A stretch of 21,878 nt of DNA, from NCBI GenBank assembly GCA_040904565.1, contig JBBDTI010000058.1, positions 75,258 to 97,135 of the forward strand, written 5' to 3'. The translations under genes were made by a program, and so were the position numbers. Numbering within the stretch: position 1 is the first letter of the stretch; each line of letters starts with the position of its first letter. The notes under the pieces were generated by a model. That model had not been told where the DNA came from and did not search any database. It saw only the letters and a list, made by a program, of their open reading frames with translations. Source of the DNA: Rhodothermales bacterium. GTDB taxonomy: Bacteria > Bacteroidota > Rhodothermia > Rhodothermales > VXPQ01. This document shows positions 1 through 7,017 of this stretch, piece by piece.

Positions 1-86
1 GCCGCCGCGACGAACGCCCGCGCGAGCTGGACGTCGGCGTGCTGCGAGACCACCTTCTCGAGCTCGGTGCCGTGCTTCGACCTTGA
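1..86 (+). CDS. 3' end of an upstream gene, probably an FAD-dependent oxidoreductase (partial)
   Basis: Frame 3 reads RRDERPRELDVGVLRDHLLELGAVLRP* (TGA 84-86). 'PRxLDVxxLRxxLxxxGAxL' resembles the C-terminus of FAD_oxidored-family proteins. The stop overlaps the next TTG start (TTGA 83-86). Only 27 residues are visible. Confidence 0.5.
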   Translation, partial: RRDERPRELDVGVLRDHLLELGAVLRP

Positions 87-198
87 AAGTAGAGCCCCTA
101 AAACCAGAGGTTGTGAACCATGAGCTCTTAAACCTTGATCTCCTGAAGCAAGCGATCCTGAAACCGCAGATTCTGAAACCGAAGATCCTGAAGCCGAA
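79..198 (+). repeat. Eight degenerate 15-nt tandem units encoding pentapeptides (LKVE-PLKPE-VVNHE-LLNLD-LLKQA-ILKPQ-ILKPK-ILKPK)
   Basis: Units start at 79, 94, 109, 124, 139, 154, 169 and 184. The last three are near-identical: gatcctgaaaccgca / gattctgaaaccgaa / gatcctgaagccgaa. Confidence 0.8.
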
Positions 199-1207
199 GC
201 CTTTCATACTGACCGTTCGGGGTCCCGTCTCGCCCTCGGAGCTGGGCACGTGTTACGCGCACGAGCACCTCCTGGGCCGCCCGCCGCCGGACACGTCCGA
301 CGATCCCGACTTCGTGCTGGGCGACGAAGAGGCCGCCGCCGTCGAGCTGAAGCGATTCCGTCGAGCCGGAGGAAGGGCCGTCGTCGAGATGTCGACGGCC
401 GACTACGGTCGTGACGCGGCCGGACTCCGCCGGCTCTCGGAACGGACCGGCGTCCACATCGTCTGCGCGACGGGCTACAACAAGGATCGTTTTTCCGCAC
501 GTCATGTGGAGGGCGTATCGGTGGGCGAGCTAACCGACCGCTTCGCCGCGGAGATTCAGACCGGCATCGACGGTACGGGCGTGCGAGCAGGGCTCGTCAA
601 GGCCGCGTCGACGCTCAACAGCATCAGTCCGACCGCCGAGCGCGCCTTCCGCGCAGCGGCCCGCACGCATCGGCGCACCGGCGCGCCGATCTCGACGCAC
701 ACGGAGGCGGGAACGATGGCCCTCGAGCAAATCCGACTTCTCGAGTCGGAGGGAGTGGATCCATCGCACGTGCTTATCGGGCACATGGACCGCAGGCTCG
801 ATGTCGCCTATCATCTGGAGGTAGCGGCCACGGGAGCCGCGCTCGGTTACGATCAGATTTCGAAGGAGAAGTACTATCCCGACGTGAAGCGGGCGGAATC
901 GATCGCCGCGCTCGTGGACGAGGGATACGGCTCCCACGTCGTGCTCGGAGGCGATCTCGCCCGCCGTTCGTACTGGCCGGCCTACGGCTTCGCGGCCGCC
1001 CCCGGGTTCTCGTTCATCCTGGAGCGGTTCGTACCGCGTTTGTGGGATGTCGGGCTCGGCGAGGTCGAGGTCGACGACCTCCTCATCCACAATCCGGCAC
1101 GCATCCTGACGTTTGCCGCGCCGTCGGAGGATCGATCGGATGCCGGATCGGGCCGGGGTGACGACCGGATCACCCACCGGGCGCGTGGAAATGACGACGT
1201 AGAATAG
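83..1207 (+). CDS. Phosphotriesterase-family (PTE/PLL-like) binuclear metallohydrolase, possible lactonase
   Basis: TVRGPV start of fold, HEH metal motif, DYGRD, IVCATGY, GLVK (Lys to be carboxylated), STHTEAG, GHMDR, GGDLAR and HNPARIL: the complete amidohydrolase ligand set. The TTG start is coupled to the upstream stop. Confidence 0.9.
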   Translation: MKVEPLKPEVVNHELLNLDLLKQAILKPQILKPKILKPKPFILTVRGPVSPSELGTCYAHEHLLGRPPPDTSDDPDFVLGDEEAAAVELKRFRRAGGRAVVEMSTADYGRDAAGLRRLSERTGVHIVCATGYNKDRFSARHVEGVSVGELTDRFAAEIQTGIDGTGVRAGLVKAASTLNSISPTAERAFRAAARTHRRTGAPISTHTEAGTMALEQIRLLESEGVDPSHVLIGHMDRRLDVAYHLEVAATGAALGYDQISKEKYYPDVKRAESIAALVDEGYGSHVVLGGDLARRSYWPAYGFAAAPGFSFILERFVPRLWDVGLGEVEVDDLLIHNPARILTFAAPSEDRSDAGSGRGDDRITHRARGNDDVE

Positions 1208-1219
1208 CAGGAGTAGCTC

Positions 1220-2170
1220 ATGTTTGCCGTCATAGGATCAACAACCGTCGACGTGGTCGTTCACAGTCCGGATCGCCTCCCGCAGGTCGACGGAGACGAG
1301 TTTACGTCCAACAGCCTGGTCTTCACGGACGATCCGCTGCAGTTCATGCCCGGCGGGAACGGGGCTAACAGTGCCTGCGTGCTCGCCGCTCTCGGAGCCG
1401 AGACGGCGCTCTGCAGTGCCGTAGGTAACGATCCGCTCGGGGGCATGATGCTGCAGTGGCTGGAGGAGGTAGGGGTAGGACTGGCCTCGCTCAAGCAGGA
1501 GGTCTCGGAGTCTACCTCGTCGACGACGATTATCAGCGCCGGGCGCACCCGCCTGTCGTTTCATCATCCCGGCGCGCTGAAATCCTACGCCCGGCAGGAC
1601 TTGCCCGGACACCTGCCTGCGTCGGCCGACGTGCTGCTCGTGTGCTCCTACCCGCTGCTGCGTGCGTGGCGTCCGGGCGGGTACGAGGACGTTCTCCGCG
1701 CGGCCCACGCGAACGGCGTCGTGACGGCCCTCGACATCGGTCCGGCCGTTGGCGACCCCGTGCGCCTCGAAGAGCTTCGCCCGATGCTCCCGCACGTCGA
1801 CTACTTCGTCTGCAACAGCCTCGAACTGGAGACCTGTACGGGGTCGGAAGATCTCATTCGGGGCATGATCGACGTGGCCGACGCAGGTGCGTCGAATGTG
1901 ATCACGAAGCTGGGTCCGCGTGGGGCGGCCGTGCTGCCCCACGGAGGAAAGGAGCCTTCCGTCGTGCCCGGATTTTCCGTGCAGGAACGCGGCACGGTAG
2001 GCGCGGGTGACTCGTTTAACGCCGGGTTGCTCTACGCCCTGCTGCAGGGCCGGCCGCTGCTCGACGCCGTGCGCTTCGGCAATGCCGTAGCCGGCCTCGT
2101 CATCGCCTCGCCGCTGGGTGTGATGGTCGCCCCGACGGTAGAGGAAGTAGATCGCAAGCTGAATGGTTAG
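1220..2170 (+). CDS. PfkB/ribokinase-family carbohydrate kinase
   Basis: VIGS..VD, PGGNGAN, AVGNDPLG, CNSLE, ITKLGPRGA and TVGAGDSFNAG signature. SD-like AGGAG lies just upstream of the ATG. Confidence 0.92.
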   Translation: MFAVIGSTTVDVVVHSPDRLPQVDGDEFTSNSLVFTDDPLQFMPGGNGANSACVLAALGAETALCSAVGNDPLGGMMLQWLEEVGVGLASLKQEVSESTSSTTIISAGRTRLSFHHPGALKSYARQDLPGHLPASADVLLVCSYPLLRAWRPGGYEDVLRAAHANGVVTALDIGPAVGDPVRLEELRPMLPHVDYFVCNSLELETCTGSEDLIRGMIDVADAGASNVITKLGPRGAAVLPHGGKEPSVVPGFSVQERGTVGAGDSFNAGLLYALLQGRPLLDAVRFGNAVAGLVIASPLGVMVAPTVEEVDRKLNG

Positions 2171-2235
2171 AATACGCCGATCAGGCCGCCACTGCCATCG
2201 CATCCGCCGTACACACGCTCAACGTCAGTCGAACC

Positions 2236-3750
2236 ATGCGCGTCGAATCGCCCCATCCAACCGCTTGCCCACGTTTCACCATGTTCAGTGTGGTGCTCCT
2301 GATGCTCGGCTGGGCGTCCGCCGTCCCTCGCCACGCCGCCGCTCAGGAAGCCCAGGGTCCGAACGTCGTCTTTATCTATATCGACGACATGGGGTGGTCC
2401 GACCTGTCCTACCGCGGCAGCACGTTCTACGAAACGCCTCGGATCGACAGGCTGGCAGCGCGCGGTATGCGGTTTACCAGCGCCTATGCCAATGCCCCAA
2501 ACTGTGCTCCGTCGAGAGCCAGTCTGATGTCGGGTGCCTACGCGCCGCGGCACGGTGTCTACACCGTCGGCGATCCGTGGAGGGCGCCGCCGTCCACCCG
2601 CCGCCTCGTTCCCCTGGAGAACCGGACGACGCTGGCGCCGGAGGTGATCACACTGGCCGAGGTCTTAAGGGATGCCGGCTACGCCACGGCCCATATGGGA
2701 AAATGGCACCTGGGTGAACCGGCGGGCATCACCGGCCGGGCCGGTAATGCCGGTTCAGACGGCAGCGCGTCGGCCGGGGGCGCCGGGCCGCTCGCTCAGG
2801 GCTTCGACGTCAACCTGGGGGGCACGCACGCCGGACATCCGCCCACCTATTTCAGTCCATATGACATCGCGACGCTGCCGGACGGTCCACCGGGCGAATA
2901 TCTCACCGATCGCCTGACGGAGGAAGCGCTCGCATTCATCGACGAGCATGCAGACGAGCGGTTCTTCCTCTACCTGTCTCATTACGCCGTGCACGTCCCT
3001 ATTGAAGCCCCGGAAGAGCTCACGGCGAAGTACGCCGGCAAGCCGGCCTGGCACGGCCAGCGGGATGCCGGGTACGCGGCGATGATCGAGCGCGTCGACC
3101 ACGGCGTCGGGCGCGTCGTCGACCGCCTTGACGAGTTGGGACTGACGGACGAGACGCTCATCGTTTTCACGTCGGACAACGGCGGACTCGGCGGGTACGC
3201 CTCGGCCGGACTCCCAGGCAGCCGGCAGGTGACGGATAATTATCCGCTCAAGGGGGGTAAAGGGCAGCTCTACGAAGGGGGGATTCGCGTGCCGACGTTC
3301 GTCGTCTGGCCCGGCACGGTCGAACCGGGTTCCGTTTCACATGAGCCGATTGTCGGGATGGATTTCTATCCGACGCTGGTCGAGGCGGCGGGTGCGGACC
3401 TGCCGCCCGATCAGCCCATCGACGGCGTAAGCCTGCTGCCCGTGCTGCAGGGTGGGGAGCTGGACCGCGAGACGCTCTACTGGTACTTCCCGGCCTACCT
3501 CGAGGCATATGGACGAGAAGGAGAGCGCACGACGCCCGCGGGCGCGGTGCGGCGCGGAGACGAGAAGCTGATATGGTTTTTCGAAGACGATCGGACGAAG
3601 CTCTACGATCTCGGCGACGATCCGGGCGAGCGTCGCGATCTGGCGGCTGAACGACCGGAACGCGTCCGCGCCCTCCGGCAACTCTTCGAAAACTGGCTGA
3701 TAGAGATGGACGCGCCTATGCCGCGCCCGAATCCCGATTACCGCCCGTAG
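2236..3750 (+). CDS. Exported formylglycine-dependent (Cys-type, S1) sulfatase; start may be ATG 2281
   Basis: PNVVFIYIDDMG, CAPSRASLMSG (CxPxR), GKWHLG, YAVHVP, FTSDNGG, KGGKGQLYEGGIRVP and LYDLGDDPGE. Signal-peptide-like N-terminus ending AAA-Q. Confidence 0.95.
   Translation: MRVESPHPTACPRFTMFSVVLLMLGWASAVPRHAAAQEAQGPNVVFIYIDDMGWSDLSYRGSTFYETPRIDRLAARGMRFTSAYANAPNCAPSRASLMSGAYAPRHGVYTVGDPWRAPPSTRRLVPLENRTTLAPEVITLAEVLRDAGYATAHMGKWHLGEPAGITGRAGNAGSDGSASAGGAGPLAQGFDVNLGGTHAGHPPTYFSPYDIATLPDGPPGEYLTDRLTEEALAFIDEHADERFFLYLSHYAVHVPIEAPEELTAKYAGKPAWHGQRDAGYAAMIERVDHGVGRVVDRLDELGLTDETLIVFTSDNGGLGGYASAGLPGSRQVTDNYPLKGGKGQLYEGGIRVPTFVVWPGTVEPGSVSHEPIVGMDFYPTLVEAAGADLPPDQPIDGVSLLPVLQGGELDRETLYWYFPAYLEAYGREGERTTPAGAVRRGDEKLIWFFEDDRTKLYDLGDDPGERRDLAAERPERVRALRQLFENWLIEMDAPMPRPNPDYRP
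2715..2757. repeat. Imperfect inverted repeat inside the sulfatase CDS
   Basis: tgaacc(ggcg)ggcatcaccggc-cgg-gccggtaatgccggttca: the arms pair except for a 4-nt bulge and one mismatch. Confidence 0.6.
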
Positions 3751-4021
3751 CCGATGGTCTTAGCGACTGACGTATGATGCAGCGCGAGCAATGTACCCTC
3801 CAGTGCAACTCGTAACGTAACGGAGCGTCGCCGTGGAAGATTGGACGGGAAATGTTGATATTGCGCGGATGTGATTTCGAACGGACGTGTCTACCGCAGC
3901 GTCCCGCCGTCGCTTTCTGTTTCGCGTTCTGAGCGCATATCCCATGCTTGCGTTCCGCGCTCGTTCGCTATCTCCGATCGACCGCTACCCTCGTTTACAA
4001 CGCCATCAAGATCTCTGTCAT

Positions 4022-6808
4022 ATGTCAATAAGACGTTCCATCGTATTCGTCGCCGCGCTGCTCGCATTTGTGATGGGCTGTTCGGGTCCCTCCACCGACA
4101 CAACCATGCAGGTGAAACCCGATGAAACCCGTTTTACGCCCGTCGTGCTGGCGGAAGGCGACGAGCTCAACGAGCCGATGGCCTTCGACGTACTCGGCGA
4201 CGGTCGCGTACTGATCGTCGAACGAAAGGGCGGCTTCAAGATGTACGTCCCCGAGACGGACAGCGTGCACCTGATCGACGACATTCCCGTCAACATTTTC
4301 TATACGAATCTGGAAGGGGAGACGCGCAATGCGGAGGAAGGCCTTGTCGGCGTCAGCGCGGATCCGGATTTCGATGAGAACGGGTGGGTGTACCTGCTCT
4401 ACGCTCATCCGGACGAGGCCAAGCACGAGCTTACACGTTTTACGCTCGACGGGCCGAACATCGTACCCGGCTCCAGGCAGGTCCTGCTGGACTTTCCCGT
4501 GCAGCGCCGACAGTGCTGCCATACCGGCGGCGGGATGACGTGGGACGCCGACGGCAATCTGTACGTTACGATCGGCAACAATACGAGCAACGACCGCGGC
4601 TCGCAGACGGACGAGCGTCCGGGGCGCGAACCGTGGGACGATCAGCGCGGAGCCGCGAATACGAACGACCTCCGCGGGAAGATCATCCGCATTCATCCGG
4701 AGAATGACGGCACGTATTCCATACCGGAGGGCAACCTCTTTCCGGAAGGGACGCCCAGCACGCGTCCGGAGATTTACACGATGGGTCACCGCAACGCGTG
4801 GCGCGTCTCCATCGACAGTGAGACGGGATACATGTACTGGGGAGAGGTCGGTCCGGATGCCCGCGAGGATACCGAGCTCGGTCCGCAAGGCTACGACGAA
4901 CTGAACCAGGCCCGCGGTCCGGGTAATTTTGGATGGCCCTACTTCGTCGGGGAGAATCACGCCTTCGCGTTCCAGGATTTCGTGCGCGATACGCTCTTGC
5001 CGCCGAAGGATCCCAACCATCCGATCAATACATCGGTGAACAATACGGGTCTGACGGAGCTTCCGCCGGCACAACCCGCCTTCATCTCTTACCCCTACGG
5101 CTATTCGGAGAAGTTTCCGGAAGTAGGAACGGGTGGGCGGAGTGCCAACGGCGGTCCGATCTATCACCGCGCCGACTTCGACGATCCGGAGCGGCCGTTT
5201 CCGGCGTATTATGAGGGAATGTGGCTCGTGTCGGATTTCTCTCGGGGATGGCTTATGGCGATCACGCTGGATGAGAACGGCGACTACGTATCGATGGAGC
5301 GCTTTCTGCCGGAATACCGTCCGGTCGAGCCCATCGACATGAAGTTCGGTCCGGAGGGCGATCTCTACGTGTTGGAGTACGGAGAGACGTGGTTTTCAGA
5401 CGGTCAGGAAGACAAGCTGGTTCGTATCGAATACAACGCGGGCAACCGCGCGCCGATAGCCCGCGTCTCGACGAGCGCCCGGGGCGGCAGCGTCCCGTTC
5501 GAGGTGGCGCTCTCCGGTGAGGGAAGCCACGACTACGATGGAGACGAGCTCTCCTATACGTGGGACGTCGCGCCGGCCCGCGGTGGGGAGGTTCGCACGC
5601 TGGAAGGGGCAAATCCGTCGATCACGTTCGACGCGGAGGGCGTGTACATCGCGACGCTGGAGGCAACGGATCCGTCCGGCGCCTCGAGCACCAGTGCCGT
5701 GCGCATCGTGGCCGGCAACACGGAGCCGAGCGTGGCGCTGCAGTTCGATGGGAATCAGACGTTCTTCTTCCCGGGCGAGCCGATCGCTTACGACGTGCAC
5801 GTGCGTGATGCGGAAGACGGCAGCCTGAGCGATGGCGGCGTATCCCCCGACCGCGTAGCGGTGACGATCGATTACGTTTCGCAGGGGCTGGATGCGGATG
5901 CGCTCGCCGATAGCGAAGGTGGCGAGGTTGGGGCAGGACGATTCGCCGTCGCCCAGCTGCTGATGAGCGGGTCGGACTGCGCCGTGTGCCATCAGCCGGA
6001 GGCTGCCTCAAACGGCCCGTCCTACCTGGCTATCGCCGAGCGCTATGCCGGCGACGACGGTGCGGCGGAACGCCTGGCTCAGAAGGTCGTCGAGGGCGGC
6101 ACCGGTAACTGGGAAGCGGAGACGGTCATGCCCGCGCACCCGGCTCTGTCGATAAACGATGCGCGCACGATGGTCGACTATATTTTGAGCGTCGGTAACG
6201 AGTCGGCCGGCTCGCTCCCCGTATTCGGCACGTACGTGCCATCCGTTCCGGAGAACGATTACGGGCGCGGCTCCGTCATCATGCGCGCCGCCTACACCGA
6301 CCGAGGCGCTGGAACGCTTCCGTCGCAACGATCCGAGCACACGGTCGTGCTTCGCAGCCCGATTCTCGATCTCGGGTCGGACGACGAGGTTGAAGGCGCG
6401 CGGATGGAGGCAGGCGGACGTGGAAGTGGGCCTATGACCATCATCCCGCAGCATGGCGGACATGCCGCATTCCGGAACATCGATCTGACGGGCGTCGGCC
6501 GCATCGACGTAACGGCGTCGGCCAGCTCGCGTACGGGTGATGCGGGTGGAACGGTCGAAGTTCGCCTGGGCGGTCCCACCGGCATGCTGCTCGGCGAGGT
6601 CGTGGTGGATGCGCCCGATCCCGAGGCGGGCTTCCGCCGCGGACCGGATCCCGTACAGAGCGTCCAGGTGTCCGGAGCCGAAGGCCATCAGGACCTCTAC
6701 CTCGTCTTCAGGAACGACGCCGTCAATCCCGATCAGCCGCTCATGTCGCTCTCGCGCGTCGAGCTCGTGCACGCGAGCAATACCGCGGATGGGATGGCGG
6801 TGCGGTAG
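4022..6808 (+). CDS. Lipoprotein: PQQ-dependent glucose/sorbosone-dehydrogenase-type propeller + PKD + class I cytochrome c + CBM6-like domain
   Basis: ATG 4022 (in frame with ORF 3887) gives MSIRRSIVFVAALLAFVMG-C, a lipobox. GSDH motifs: EEGLVG..DPDF, QCCHTGG, DLRGKIIRI, MGHRNAWR, GNFGWPY, DMKFGPEGDLYVLEYG. PKD: SHDYDGDELSYTW. Heme motif CAVCH with distal MPAH. C-terminal FRNIDLTG..VEVRLGGPTG..HQDLYLVF. Confidence 0.88.
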   Translation: MSIRRSIVFVAALLAFVMGCSGPSTDTTMQVKPDETRFTPVVLAEGDELNEPMAFDVLGDGRVLIVERKGGFKMYVPETDSVHLIDDIPVNIFYTNLEGETRNAEEGLVGVSADPDFDENGWVYLLYAHPDEAKHELTRFTLDGPNIVPGSRQVLLDFPVQRRQCCHTGGGMTWDADGNLYVTIGNNTSNDRGSQTDERPGREPWDDQRGAANTNDLRGKIIRIHPENDGTYSIPEGNLFPEGTPSTRPEIYTMGHRNAWRVSIDSETGYMYWGEVGPDAREDTELGPQGYDELNQARGPGNFGWPYFVGENHAFAFQDFVRDTLLPPKDPNHPINTSVNNTGLTELPPAQPAFISYPYGYSEKFPEVGTGGRSANGGPIYHRADFDDPERPFPAYYEGMWLVSDFSRGWLMAITLDENGDYVSMERFLPEYRPVEPIDMKFGPEGDLYVLEYGETWFSDGQEDKLVRIEYNAGNRAPIARVSTSARGGSVPFEVALSGEGSHDYDGDELSYTWDVAPARGGEVRTLEGANPSITFDAEGVYIATLEATDPSGASSTSAVRIVAGNTEPSVALQFDGNQTFFFPGEPIAYDVHVRDAEDGSLSDGGVSPDRVAVTIDYVSQGLDADALADSEGGEVGAGRFAVAQLLMSGSDCAVCHQPEAASNGPSYLAIAERYAGDDGAAERLAQKVVEGGTGNWEAETVMPAHPALSINDARTMVDYILSVGNESAGSLPVFGTYVPSVPENDYGRGSVIMRAAYTDRGAGTLPSQRSEHTVVLRSPILDLGSDDEVEGARMEAGGRGSGPMTIIPQHGGHAAFRNIDLTGVGRIDVTASASSRTGDAGGTVEVRLGGPTGMLLGEVVVDAPDPEAGFRRGPDPVQSVQVSGAEGHQDLYLVFRNDAVNPDQPLMSLSRVELVHASNTADGMAVR

Positions 6809-6895
6809 GTAGCAAGTAGATCGCGTAGGAAGCGCGATATCACTTCCGGCGGGTCGCCGGTTGTACCTCCCCCGCGATTTTGCGAATATGTGGTT

Positions 6896-6930
6896 CCCGC
6901 AGGCCCCATGCCGTCGCGCGGGGCCGCGGG
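6896..6930. other. GC-rich intergenic hairpin without a U-tract
   Basis: cccgc-a-ggcccc [12-nt loop] ggggcc-gcggg. Confidence 0.4.
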
Positions 6931-7017
6931 TGATGACAAACTGACCTCGCGGTTGCTCGAGCGCGCACGGCAGCGGAAGCCCTGCGTCGTGTCGCCGGTC
7001 ATCAACAGGGGGACGTC

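Noticed and set aside
79-198. CRISPR array or classical pentapeptide-repeat protein
   Set aside because: The units are contiguous without spacers, no cas genes are present, and the peptide does not fit A(D/N)LXX.
83-1207. Organophosphate-degradation (opd) gene
   Set aside because: Family membership only. There is no Tat leader or mobile context, and the sugar-kinase neighbour favours a metabolic lactonase or hydrolase.
3887-4021. N-terminal extension of the dehydrogenase with 'SRRRFL', resembling a Tat signal
   Set aside because: No proper hydrophobic region follows it. ATG 4022 gives a canonical lipoprotein signal, and c-type cytochromes are normally Sec-exported.
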